A stretch of 64,000 nt of DNA from Haliotis rubra. Its lineage: Eukaryota. The position numbers and the translations under genes were made by a program. The notes beneath the pieces were generated by a model. It had not been told where the DNA came from. It did not search any database and saw only the letters and a program-made list of their open reading frames with translations. The stretch covers positions 4,650,001-4,714,000 of the forward strand of contig NW_025765003.1 in NCBI RefSeq assembly GCF_003918875.1, given 5' to 3'. Positions 11,116-38,072 of the stretch are shown here, piece by piece; position 1 is the first letter of the stretch; each line of letters begins with the position of its first letter.

Positions 11116-11699
11116 TAGTGCTTGTACTGGCATACATCCTGCGATACGATACATCACGATGCTAAATTTTTTGTCACGACGATATATTGCCAAAGTATCG
11201 TGCACTGAAGCTGCGATACGATACGAATCCCGATATAAGGGTGACGATACGATACGCATCACGATACTAAAATATTTAATTCTAACACCAACTATAAAAC
11301 ACATGAATATCAAAACAAAACCATTTTAAAGTATTTCGTCAAATTCCGCCAGCGTTATCCAATGTTCATTCGGAAACGAGATAATTAAGTTTATACACGG
11401 ACTTTGTGAATAATAATAACATATGAGCGCTATGTCTGACACAGTTCTTGACGCAAGAATTTCCGAGAAAACGTTTACTTATGAAGCGAAAATAAGTAAG
11501 CAAATATTTTAATCATCAAACAAAAGTGGGTCTTTTTTCTTGACAGATATCGCGATTCGGCAATATTCAAAGTTAAACATCGATGTATCGTTGCCCATTT
11601 GAAGTTTCGTATCGGGTAATACGACAATGTAAAACTTTGTATCGATTCACTGTATCGGCGGTCCATGGATCGATGTATCGATGAATCGTCACACCACTA
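11116..11699. mobile_element. hAT-like MITE with CGATA subterminal repeats
   Basis: TAGTG..CACTA ends with 8-bp TSD ATCACAAG/ATCACAAT. Confidence 0.7.
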
Positions 11700-12354
11700 A
11701 TCACAATTTCTCCATATTCCGCCCTCCAAGTTCTTCCCCCATTTACGTGTTAGTTCTGCATGACAACCAATATGACGGTCTCTGGAAGCTCCATGTATGA
11801 CTGTCACAGTAAACCGGTTCTGAGTGAGTGAGTGAGTATGGTTTTAAGCCGCTTTTAGCAATATTCCATCAATATGTTCTGAAGCGACAATCCCACCAAG
11901 AACGCGAAACATGACTAACATTTTTTCCTAATCTCAACAGTATACATTTTCCTATGTATCGAACACCTTAAAGGAATTCACATTTAAAACATTCACAAAT
12001 TGTATTTGTAAACTATTTAAAAAATAGTTTACAAATACATCCACGGCTTTCTATTTGATAACTTGCCGACAACGCACTGCCAATCTAAATATCTTCTGGG
12101 AATTGCACATGCATTAGCTGGATTACCGATGTTGTATTAAAGGGGTTTCCTGTGTTCAGGAATTGGTCTTCAGCACCCATGCTTGTCGTAAGAACCGACT
12201 AACGGGATCGGGTGGTCAGGCTCGCTAACTCATGTCATCGTATCATAATTGCGTAGATCGATGTTCATGCTGTTGATCTCAGGGTTGTCTGGTCCAGTCT
12301 CAATTATTTACAGACTGCCGTCATATAGCTCGTCGTGTCGCGTCAACAATCATA

Positions 12355-14950
12355 CAGATAATGGGATACAGTGTTAGAACGTGTCGACAATCATATAGAT
12401 ACTGGGGTACAGTGTAACACCATGTCGACAATCACATAGACACTGGGGTACAGTGTTACACCATGTCGACAATCATATAGACACTGGGGTACAGTGTTAC
12501 ACCATGTCGACAATCATATAGACACTGGGGTACAGTGTTACACTATGTCAGCCAGGATATCGACACTGGGGTACAGTGTTACACTATGTCAGTCAGGATA
12601 TAGATACTGAGATACAGTGTGACACTACGTCAGTCAGGATATAGATACTGAGGTACAGTGTTACACTACGTCAGTCAGGATATCGATACTGGGGTACAGT
12701 GTTACACTATGTCAGTCAGGATATAGATACTGAGGTACAGTGTTACACTACGTCAGCCAACATATAGACACTGCGGAACAGTGTTACACTATGTCAGTCA
12801 GGATATATACACTGGGTTACAGTGTTACACTATGTCAACCAGGATATAGACACTGGGGTACAGTGTTACACTATGTCAACCAGGATATAGACACTGGGGT
12901 ACAGTGTTACACTATGTCAGGCAGGATACAGACACTTAGGTACAGTGTTACACTATGTCAGCCAGGATATAGAAACTGGGGTATACTACAGTGTTACACT
13001 ATGTCAGCCAGGATATAGACACTGGGGTACAGTGTTACACTATGTCAGCCAGGATATAGACACTGGGGTATAGTGTTACACTATGTCAGGCAGGATACAG
13101 ACACTGGGTTATAGTGTTACACTATGTCAGCCAGGATATAGACACTGGGGTACAGTGTTACACTATGTCAGGCAGGATACAGACACTGGGTTACAGTGTT
13201 ACACTATGTCAGCCAACATATAGACACTGGGGTACAGTGTTACACCATGTCGACAATCATATAGACACTGGGGTACAGTGTTACACCATGTCGACAATCA
13301 TATAGACACTGGGGTACAGTGTTACACTATGTCAGCCAGGATATAGACACTGGGGTACAGTGTTACACTATGTCAGCCAGGATATAGATACTGAGATACA
13401 GTGTGACACTATGTCAGTCAGGATATAGATACTGAGGTACAGTGTTACACTCACGTCAGTCAGGATATCGACACTGGGGTACAGTGTTACACTATGTCAG
13501 TCAGGATATAGATACTGAGGTACAGTGTTACACTACGTCAGCCAACATATAGACACTGCGGAACAGTGTTACACTATGTCAGTCAGGATATATACACTGG
13601 GTTACAGTGTTACACTATGTCAGCCAGGATATAGACACTGGGTTACAGTGTTACACTATGTCAACCAGGATATAGACACTGGGGTACAGCGTTACACTAT
13701 GTCAGGCAGGATACAGACACTTAGGTACAGTGTTACACTATGTCAGCCAGGATATAGAAACTGGGGTATACTACAGTGTTACACTATGTCAGCCAGGATA
13801 TAGACACTTAGGTACAGCGTTACACTATGTCAGCCAGGATATAGACACTGGGGTATAGTGTTACACTATGTCAGGCAGGATACAGACACTGGGTTATAGT
13901 GTTACACTATGTCAGCCAACATATAGACACTGGGGTATAGTGTTACACTATGTCAGACAACATATAGACACTGGGGTATAGTGTTACACTATGTCAGCCA
14001 TGATATAGACACTTGGTTACAGTGTTACACTATGTCAACCAGGATACAGACACTTAGGTACAGTGTAACACTATGTCAGCCAGGATATAGACACTTGGTT
14101 ACAGTGTTACACTATGTCAACCAGGATACAGACACTTAGGTACAGTGTTACACTATGTCAGCCAGGATATAGACACTGGGGTATACTACAGTGTTACACT
14201 ATGTCAGCAAGGATATAGACACTGGGTTATAGTGTTACACTATGTCAGCCAGGATATAGACACTTAGGTACAGTGTTACACTATGTCAGCCAGGATATAG
14301 ACACTGGGTTAGTGTGTTACACTATGTCAGCCAGGGTATAGACACTGGGGAACAGTGTTAAACTATGTCAGCCAGGGTATAGACACTGGGTTACAGTGTT
14401 ACACTATGTCAGCCAGGATATAGACACTAGGCTACAGTGTTACACTATGTCAGCCAACATATAGACACTGGGGTATACTACAGTGTTACACATGTCAGCC
14501 AGGATATAGACACTAGGGTACAGTGTTACACTATGTCAGCCAGGATATAGAAACTGGGTTACAGTGTTACACTATGTCAGCCAGGATATAGACACTGGGT
14601 TACAGTGTTACACTATGTCAGCCAGGATATAGACACTGGGTTACAGTGTTACACTATGTCAGCAAGGATATAGACACTTGGTTACAGTGTTACACTATGT
14701 CAGCCAGGATACAGACACTTAGGTACAGTGTTACACTATGTCAGCCAGGATATAGACACTGGGTTACCGTGTTACACTATGTAAGCCAGGATATAGACAC
14801 TTGGTTACAGGTGTTACACTATGTCAGCCAGGATATAGACACTTGGTTACAGGTGTTACACTATGTCAGCCAGGATACAGACACTTAGGTACAGTGTTAC
14901 ACTATGTCAGCCAGGACAAAGAGTCTAAGGTACAGTAATACACTATGTCA
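12355..14950. repeat. 41-bp minisatellite, about 63 copies, with a ~785-bp higher-order duplication
   Basis: Unit GACACTGGGGTACAGTGTTACACTATGTCAGCCAGGATATA. The variant order at about 12440-13150 recurs at about 13220-13910. Confidence 0.97.
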
Positions 14951-16144
14951 GGTTACAGTGCCCCAACCCGGAGATAACACATGTTCCACAAATACTAGTA
15001 AGTGACATGTTGATCAGAGTTATGAAAAACAACACATCACATGATTACAACTGAATTTATTTCATAATGTGAGACATTTTGAATTTTTTGGTCTAAAGAA
15101 AAGCAAATGTTATGTAATACTACCAGCACTGATAAAATATTAGGATTCTGCTGTAACTTACTGGATGGTACTCACTTAAGTTCCTATTCTGCTGTATTGT
15201 GTGTTTGATCTATGGAAACCAAACATTGTCATGTTGTCAGTAGATCACTTCACTGTATTGCACCTGGCGAGGATATTTACGATGGTCTAATATCGGCAAG
15301 TATATGTACACAAAATCAAAACAGTCAAGCACCTTCGGGCCAGATCAGTTTTAAGTCAGAACACAAATGTTTAGGGCACACTGCCTCGGAGCTACACGCC
15401 AAAGCAAAAAAATGTCCTGATAATTTTTTGACATGGTTGCCATGGTTACAGAACTAACATTAGAAACAATTTTACAAAGGCATGAAAATGAGACTAGTTT
15501 ATGGAAGACAATGAATGACTTGCTGTGAAAGGAGCACATATGGCTCTTGGTTGGAAAGAGTAGGTGAATGAATCTGATTTAATGCCACTTGGAGCTATTA
15601 GATCATGGCATTGGTTTAAATTAGCTGAATATGTCCAAATCTGAGACAGTTCTGACATGTGATGGAGATATTACAGGAATAAATAACTGGATACTGACCC
15701 CTTCTGGGCATCATCCAACATCTTACAAATAGTTCATCTAGTATTTCTCTCACTGACCATACACAGAGCACATATATACCAATATAGACCAACATTACAG
15801 CAAATTGTCCATCACATCTCTGACACATTTACTGTCAATGAAACCTCACTCGTCTCTGGTGAGTACAATACACATCAAATTTAATTTTCTGCTGTAAATA
15901 TCAAGAAGCTCCAGTTTCCATCCAGGAATCTCAAGATGTCAAAGTTCATTGTCGAAGTTGCACCACCAACATAAGTGAGGCATGTAAGCTCTTGATACCA
16001 TGGTTACAACAAGTATCCCACGCTAGGCACCGGGATCATGGGCACTGGCTTTCCCATGATGCAGTTGGGCAGGTGGTGCTCAAGGAGCTGATGTTATCCC
16101 ACAGTTCATCTCGGAATTCACACCAGAGTCCCCAGCACAGGCTG

Positions 16145-30030
<13,886 letters not shown>

Positions 30031-30409
30031 GCTTACGGAAACTGAATCAATTACGGTTGTCGTAAATTATATGTCAAAAACCAAACCAACTCGTACGCAA
30101 GGGTTTATTGAACTTTCTTTTTCCAGCATCCCTCCCAGTGTGATTTTGACTGTGGTGTAGTCATTGTCAGTCTAATAATCAAATGAAATTATGCTGTTTA
30201 TCTGTAGAACCGAGTTATGGTATCACTGGTTTTACATAACTGACGCTCAAAACACTTTGCGCTGTTATACGCGCAAAAGACAGAACCGAGTTGTCGTTAC
30301 ATTCGTGACATGCGGCATGTAGAGCTAGAGGTCGAAGTTAGCCTGGTAAACAATCCAGAGTTGGATTCTGTCTCGTGTCGATTAGGTAGCACATGTCAGC
30401 GCAGTAGCA
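30031..30409. promoter_or_regulatory. Bidirectional promoter region between RNMT and FAM210A
   Basis: Divergent ATGs 380 bp apart, with CpG-enriched sequence and E2F-like TTTGCGC/CGCGCAAAA motifs near 30255-30278. Confidence 0.7.
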
Positions 30410-33373
30410 ATGGCATCGTTTCGATGCATGGCACTCACGCCAAACTTGAGGATTATAGTTAAGAGTTGCTCACCAGGTTTCGCGAACAATCTTCCTAAGC
30501 TTCTGGACTTTAGAGGTAAGTGTTCAATCATACTTGGACGTTGGTAGATTTAATGATCGATTTAGTCCAATCAAGATGTAAGTATATTTGACGAGTTAAT
30601 GTCAAATGTCTGGTCTGTACATAGCTATTGGTTTGTGGGTATTTTAATGTCAGTTATGATCAAGTCATCTGGAAAAGCATCATGATCATCAGATGATAAC
30701 ATCTCCATTATTATTTCATCATAATCATGATAATGATGATTTTGCCTGAACTTTCAAATTTTAAAAGTAGGGCTACTTACATTACTTAAATGATAGCATT
30801 TGAATGTAAGTTTTGGCACTTTTGCACATGTGGTGACACATTAATTTCCTGATTAAAAATGTTTGAAAAGGTATTTAAAAAATCTCATTTTTGTGAGTGC
30901 TGCATAAAAGTTGGCTGAAATTAGAGCAGAAAAATAACATTATCTACAGCTAGATCTAAAATGAACGTAGCACTTAGTGACAATCATTTATACTGTATAA
31001 TGCTAGACATATATAAAGTTAACACTAACCCATCTCATTCTTACCTCCTTCATTTCAGTGCAAAAGAAAACAAACCTTGTGTCAGATGGATCAGTAAAAG
31101 GATACTTTTTAATGTCACTATAGCAAAATATATGATGTGGTCAAATATATGACAAGCTCCTCTCACTACTCTCAGAGATCTATCAGTGTCACCTCTACAC
31201 CAATGTATACATTCATTAATCCCAGCAATATTGACAAGACCCAAATTCTACAGTCATGCCAGTGCCTCCCTTGTTTCTTTCTAAGATCAATATTATCCCT
31301 ATGATGTTCCCACACTTTTTTTGTTACATGAGTACCCAATGAATAATTCAATTGTCTTTCCTTAATGCGAACTTGAGAACTTAAACGTCTGACTTCTGGG
31401 GCCTTCATTGATTTGTATATCAGATCATTACTCATCACTCATCATGTAGATTACAAAATAGTCCAGGTGTGCTGGATGGCATCAGGACCCCTTGTGTCAG
31501 TGGACTAATGTCGTGGGACAGCATAGCTACTCATGACTTTTGTATGTGTTGGTCAATATTTCTCCATTTCCACTCTTTTCTGCAGCCATTTCCGTATGGC
31601 TGCTAAAGTTTCACTTGGATTTATGGAATAGAAATAACCCAGTCGGCAAATGTATCTTGCTAGCAATCTGAAAGTTGCAAGTTCAGGTCCCACAGATTCT
31701 TTCAGAAACTAGTTTCTTCTGTTGCTGACTTTGTCCTATGGCAGAGATTGTCAGTAGTTATGAGCACAGCCAGTGATATGAAACTAAAAATACGAAAATA
31801 TAAATAATCAGTCCTGCTTTGTCTGTTACTTCAAGTAATAAGTTGGGGGCTAAATTCTGAATTCTTTTTCTTTTCAGTTTGTGCAGTAGTTCCAAGTACT
31901 GTGAACAATCAATCCATTTCTTCAAGAAACTTATCAACGGGGCCATTGTTGCACTCAAGTTTTCTACATGACAATCAAATCTTGTATTCCCCTTTCACTA
32001 AACCGTCAGTCCCAGAAACTTTCTCTGCTGGTGTGAGAGATTTCAGCACCAGTCAAAAGTTGGTTGCCAGTGATAAAGTAACAGATGACAATAAAAGCCA
32101 GACTGAAGGGGAGGGAAAAGATGACAGTACATTAACAGTTTTCCAGAGATTCAAGAAAACATACAGAGAGCATGGGAAGATCCTAATTGGCGTGCACTGT
32201 GTGACTTCCGTGGTCTGGTTTGGATCCTTCTACATGGCGGCAGTCAGGTGTGTACTGGAGGCTCTAAGGTCACTCTTTTTCTTACCTGCTGTACAGAGTT
32301 TTATTATAGATCATGTAGATTCAAGACATCAACAACTGATGCAATTTCTTTGATTGGCATTCTAAAAGTTGGGTAGATGAAGAATGAGGACTATTTTTAT
32401 GGATATACAACTTCTTTATTCTATATAGGCGACGTTTCGACATAGATTCTAATGTCGTTGTCAAGCAAGTGGTACATGGGAAGTAATTTGGGTGTAATTT
32501 CTCATGTATATATATCACCCAAATTACTTCCCAACACAATTGCATGTCTGTCTCAACAGGAAGTATCCTTGTCTTGACTGTGGTAATAATCAGTGTCTGT
32601 TACATTTGCACAGACCTGTGAAGATCCGGGGTAGAATAGGTCTTCAGCAACCCATGCTTGCCACAAAAGGCGACTATGCTTGTCGTAAGAGGCGACTAAC
32701 GGGATCGGGTGGTCAGGCTCGCTGACTTGGTTGACACATGTCATCGTTTCCCAATTGTGCAGATCGATGCTCATGCTGTTGATGACTGGATTGTCTGGTC
32801 CAGACTCGATTATTTACAGACCTCCGCCATATAGCTGGAATATTGCTGAGTGCGGCGTAAAACTAAACTCACTCACTCACTCATTTGCACAGTGTTATGA
32901 TTGTGTCCTTTTATGACTTTTGGGGTGGGTTTTTTAGATTATAATCGATTTTTGATTGATTACTCAGCTCCGATTATCGATCTGCATATTGTGAGTGATA
33001 GCCAGCACTAGTCATGATGCATTGTTTCTTTTATTGCAGTGGTGTAGATATTGTGCCTCTGATGGAACAGCTTGGACTGAGTGAGACTCTTATTAAACCC
33101 TTCCGTGCGGGGGGCCTTGGGTTCGTGGCCTTGGCCTACCTGATGTACAAGCTTGCCACACCTGCCCGTTACACGGTTACACTTGGGGGGACCAACATGT
33201 TCATACGCTACATGCGTCGTTCAGGAAAAATGGATCCCATCCCAGAAGGCGAAAAGATCAGGAATCTGTATAAAGCTGGCAAAGTGGAACTCAAAGATCG
33301 TCATTTGTTATTCAGAGAAAGACGGGGTGTCATAATTAGGAATCGGAAATTATCTCGACAGAAAGATTCGTGA
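30410..33373 (+). CDS. FAM210A: FAM210A-like mitochondrial inner-membrane protein (DUF1279), 3 exons, 269 aa
   Basis: Exons 30410-30515, 31878-32247 and 33040-33373 are in phase. N-terminus resembles a mitochondrial presequence. FQRFKKTYREHGKILIGVHCVTSVVWFGSFY...AYLMYKLATPARYTVTLGGT matches the FAM210A signature (TPARYTVTLGGT). Confidence 0.92.
32429..32466 (-). ncRNA. Minimal hammerhead motif, U3-A8 core variant, in a PLE remnant (about 32345-32470)
   Basis: GC-TTGACAA-C-GACAT(tagaatct)ATGTC-GAAA-CG-TC-GC, followed by the family tail AATAAAGAAGTTG...ATCCATAAAAA...AATGCCA. Confidence 0.55.
32613..32883 (+). mobile_element. SINE family B with Nin-like domain (representative copy; about 12 copies in the window)
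   Basis: GTGAAGATCCGG..CATGCTTGTCGTAAGAGGCGACTAACGGGATCGGGTGGTCAGGC..GCTGGAATATTGCTGAGTGCGGCG tail. Other copies near 175-401, 960-1147, 12160-12340, 21335-21570, 22555-22830, 26749-26985, 37107-37325, 38802-39005, 40420-40653, 42991-43220 and 59620-59752. Confidence 0.85.
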
Positions 33374-34379
33374 TATTCATGGAAAGATGTGTAGTCTTGG
33401 TTAAAATTAACATTATCTTTCCTGCAGAACACATTATCAGTACATTGCCACAATTGTTGGTAGCTTCCTTATCTGTCATAGATAATATTTTGCATGAGCT
33501 CCTACCTATACAGATTTTTCATTTTTATCAGGAAAGCATAACAGAAAATGTTAATACAGTATAATCTATTTAAACCAGATTTGTGAATTAAGGAGTGTCA
33601 TTTAGACAATATATTGTCTTTTTTCGCAGTTTCAGTCCAGAATCTGAAATGAAGGTGGTCCAGATTAGTCAGGTTAACTTGATGATGAATTAACATCATA
33701 AATTCATGGTTGTTAAGTTATTGACAGAAGTTTGTATTAGTAAGTCTGGTTTCGACAGATTTTCCTGTATACAGAATTAATTTGTTTAAGGTGTGTCATG
33801 ACTTTTTCCGCAGAGCTTTATCCATAGCCATGCAAGTTGTTGGTTGTAGGTCATATAAACTCCAAAATAATTATGAGCAGTGTAAAATTGCTTTCCTTGT
33901 CTGATAAATAATTTAAGCAACTGACAGTATCTGGTTTTTCTCTTTTATCATCACCTATATCATTTCCAGATTATCACCAGTATATGTTGAATTTTCTTTC
34001 ATGTATCGAATATATCTTATAAAAGCAATACCCCAAATTGCTGTAACCAATATGAGTAATTTAACAAGGCTGATTAAGAAGTTGATGTTTCGCATAAGTA
34101 TATCAACTTTCTAATTAATAACATTCATTAATGACAGCCATGACAATGGATATAATGTTGATAATCACTGAACAAACTGTATGTTGACAATTTTAGCCAT
34201 TGTATAACCTTTACACCTGCTTGTTCAAATGATCACAGATAAACAACTTAGGATCATTGTTCAAAAGAAAATCACCTTCACATCAACATTTACCCGTAAA
34301 GTAATCAGTGATTTGTAATTTTATTTGTTACATATTATTTTTGGGGAGAGGTGAGATAATCCATGCATTGTAATCATGC

Positions 34380-34688
34380 TTGCATGTGGCAGTAAGTATG
34401 GTATATATGGTATATCAACCTGTGAACAGGTCATGCTGGAAGGAAGCTGTAGCACTAGGCAGTGTGTTTGTTCAGCTGTTGTTGCATGTGGCAGTTAGTA
34501 TGGTATATATGGTATATCAACCTGTGAACAGGTCATGCTGGAAGGAAGCTGTAGCACTAGGCAGTGTGTTTGTTCAGCTGTTCTTGCATGTGGCAGTTAG
34601 TATGGTATATATGGTATATCAACCTGTGAACAGCTCATGCTGGAAGGAAGCTGTAGCACTAGGCAGTGTGTTTGTTCAGCTGTTGTTC
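34380..34688. repeat. 102-bp tandem repeat, 3 copies
   Basis: Units start at 34380, 34482 and 34584. Confidence 0.95.
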
Positions 34689-35179
34689 AACCTAGTGCCA
34701 GCTGTACTGTTAGCATGTAGACGTGTATGTGAAGTGTATTTGAGTGAAAGCTGATGAGGTTGTTACAAAGTAGCAACTATTCCTAAGAAGACAACCCGAG
34801 TGTGTAGTGTTGTGACTCCTACAGTTTATTTTGCTTGTATGATGACTTATTGAAGACAAATAATTTTGCTGCAACAATTTGAACCGAATTATTTCTTCCC
34901 ACATCATTGATTGTTGCAAATGTGTGAATTTTACAGAAAAAGTGAGTAAAACGTGTAAAAACCTTTCTGTTTTATGTTGTGTGTTTTTAAAGTGTGTATT
35001 TTTACAGGTTTAGATCTCAGAAATAACAATGCAGCCTTCATTTATTGGTTTGTCAGCACCATACATGCACTTGTAGACTCCTTTAAAAGGGTAAACATCC
35101 ACAAACTTTAGCTTTCCTCTCACCGGACAGCATCCTATCTATCTGTAGATGTCACCCTATCTGTTTACAGTCATACCCT

Positions 35180-36225
35180 ACCTGTGTGTAGTCAGCAACC
35201 CACCTGTGTGTGGTCAGCAACCCACCTGTGTGTGGTCAGCACCCCACCTGTGTGTGGTCAGCACCCCACCTGTGTGTGGTCAGCACCCCACCTGTGTGTG
35301 GTCAGCACCCCACCTTTGTGTGGTCAGCAACCCACCTGTGTGTGGTCAGCACCCCACCTGTGTGTGGTCAGCATCCCACCTCTGTGTGGTCAGCACCCAA
35401 CCTGTGTGGGGTCAGCAACCCACCTGTGTGTGGTCAGCACCCCACCTTTGTGTGGTCAGCAACCCACCTGTGTGTGGTCAGCACCCAACCTGTGTGTGGT
35501 CAGCATCCCACCTCTGTGTGGTCAGCACCCAACCTGTGTGTGGGTCAGCAACCCACCTGTGTGTGGTCGGCACCCACCTGTGTGTGGTCAGCAACCCACC
35601 TGTGTGTGGTCAGCAACCCACCTGTGTGTGGTCAGCACCCCACCCTGTGTGGTCAGCACCCCACCTGTGTGTGGTCAGCATCCCACCTGTGTGTGGTCAG
35701 CATCCCACCTGTGTGTGGTCAGCACCCCACCTGTGTGTGGTCAGCACCCCACCTGTGTGTGGTCAGCAACCCACCTGTGTGTGGTCGGCACCCAACCTGT
35801 GTGTGGTCAGCACCCCACCTGTGTGTGGTCAGCACCCCACCTGTGTGTGGTCAGCACCCCACCTGTGTGTGGTCAGCACCCCACCTGTGTGTGGTCAGCA
35901 ACCCACCTGTGTGTGGTGCACCCAACCTGTGTGTGTGGTCAGCACCCCACCTGTGTGTGGTCAGCACCCCACCTGTGTGTGGTCAGCACCCCACCTGTGT
36001 GTGGTCAGCACCCCACCTGTGTGTGGTCAGCACCCCAGCTGTGTGTGGTCAGCACCCAAACTGTGTGGGGTCAGCACCCCACCTGTGTGTGGTCAGCACC
36101 ATACCTGTGTGTGGTCAGCACCCCACCTGTGTGTGGTCAGCACCATACCTGTGTGTGGTCAGCACCCCAGCTGTGTGGGGTCAGCACCCCACCTGTGTGT
36201 AGTCAGCACCATACCTGTGTGTGTG
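35180..36225. repeat. 22-bp minisatellite, about 47 copies
   Basis: Unit CACCTGTGTGTGGTCAGCACCC. It is stop-free on the + strand, which explains three overlapping pseudo-ORFs. Confidence 0.97.
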
Positions 36226-38072
36226 TTTTACCCTGCTTTTAGCAATATGAGGGTGGGGTACACCAGAAATCAGCATCACGAACTGTACCCACATTTGGAA
36301 TCGAACTGACGCTTTAACCACTGGGCTTCACCTCTTTCTTCTTAAAGCTGGCACTTATTGGTTGAATAGCCTAGTGGTTAAGATGTTCATCACACCAAAA
36401 ATGGGTTCCATTCTACTATGCTATGTGCGAAACCCATTTCTGGTGTCTCCTGTAATATTGCTGGATTAATTCTAAAGGCCCTGTTAAAACACTCACTCAC
36501 TCACTCACTCACTCACTCACTCACTCGGTCACACTGCACTCTCAGACTAGTTAGCACAGTGGTTGCTGTGCAGGTCCATCTCTACCTGGGTTCTGATATT
36601 AGTTATGCTGAGAAAGTAAAACATGTGGTTGAACAGCTCTACAACCTGTGGATAGTTGCCAACTCTGGCTCTCTGGCTCTGGATCAGGTCACAAGCTTGT
36701 AGGCCTGGGCCTGGGATCATATTACACCACTGCAGACGATTATACAGCCATTTTATCAATTCTTTTTCCTTGCTTGGCTGTGGCGTAGCCTAGTGGTTAG
36801 AGCATTCGCTCATCGCACCGAAACCCTGGTTCTATTCCCCCCATTAGGGTACAAATATGTGTGAATCCTATTTCTGGTGTCCCCGTCTGTGGTATTGCTG
36901 GAATATTGCTAAAAGCGGTGTAAAACTAAACTCACTCTTTCCTTGCTTCTCATCACAGGTCCTCCCACTTGACCCAATAAAGATGCATATTGCTTGTACA
37001 GGTGCAGATAAACGCACACTGATAAGCACCAGCTTCAGTTTCAACCTGCTGTCTAGGATGTTAGTGGGGCAACACAAGTCATGGTCCATCTCCTATTGAC
37101 GTAAAGGACCCATGAAGAATCCGGGGTAGAATTTGTCTTCAAGAAACCATGCTTGTCGAAAGTGTCTAACGCTGACTTGGTTGATACATGTAATCGTATC
37201 CCAGTTGCGTAGATCGATGCTCATGCTGTTGATCACTGGATTGTTTGGTCCAGACTCAATTATTTACAGACCGCCGCCGCCGCCATATAGCTGAAAAACT
37301 GCCGAGTGCTGGATAAACAACAAACAAATTAAACAACTGAGGTACACCAAGGACTGATCACTCTTGGTACACTGATGCCAAACATTAATGATGCAGTCGC
37401 GAGGAGTCAACGGAGGATTGACAACAGTCTGACCCACATGAAATACAATTCTTTTATTACAAAATAAGCTTCAGCAATTTGCAGAATCATCAAAAAGGTG
37501 TTCTCAGAGTGGGTTTGAACATTAAGAAATGCTGTGATACCTGGAAGGAGGGAAGGATGACATACATAAACATGAGATTAAGATGCAAAAGAATCCGGAA
37601 CCTTGTGTAGATATACATACGATGGGGTGATTTGTGTGATATTATAACAACGTAAAACATACCAGTATATATAAACTATTAACAAATAATGAACTTGACT
37701 TTCGGATAACAACATATTCACATTTGTAAATAACAGGTCTGAGAAATAGATAAAATATATGTTATATTAAGATTAAACCCTCCTTGGCATAAACATTGTC
37801 AGTACGTCATGACGCCCCTGGCTTCTACACCAACCTGTTGGCAAATTTTATAAGCAGCTGTATAATATCGACCTACTTTGAAAATAACGACGTAAAAAGG
37901 GAACCTAACTGCGTAGTAATTAAATTCGCTCTCTAAGTTTGATAATTATGGGTTTGTCAACTTTCTGAGCGCATATGAGACAGGTATTATAGCCAAATGG
38001 GACTGCTAAAAGTGACAATAAAAGCTAAAAGGCGAATGTAGATACAGAGGTCTGCTTGATTACTGGTCTTCT

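Noticed and set aside
34380-34754. 124-aa hydrophobic repeat ORF
   Set aside because: Translation of a 102-bp triple tandem repeat downstream of FAM210A, with no independent coding evidence.
35149-36309. Three long Cys/Val/Pro-rich ORFs (330-386 aa)
   Set aside because: They arise from a stop-free 22-bp minisatellite open in all three frames, with no splice or domain evidence.
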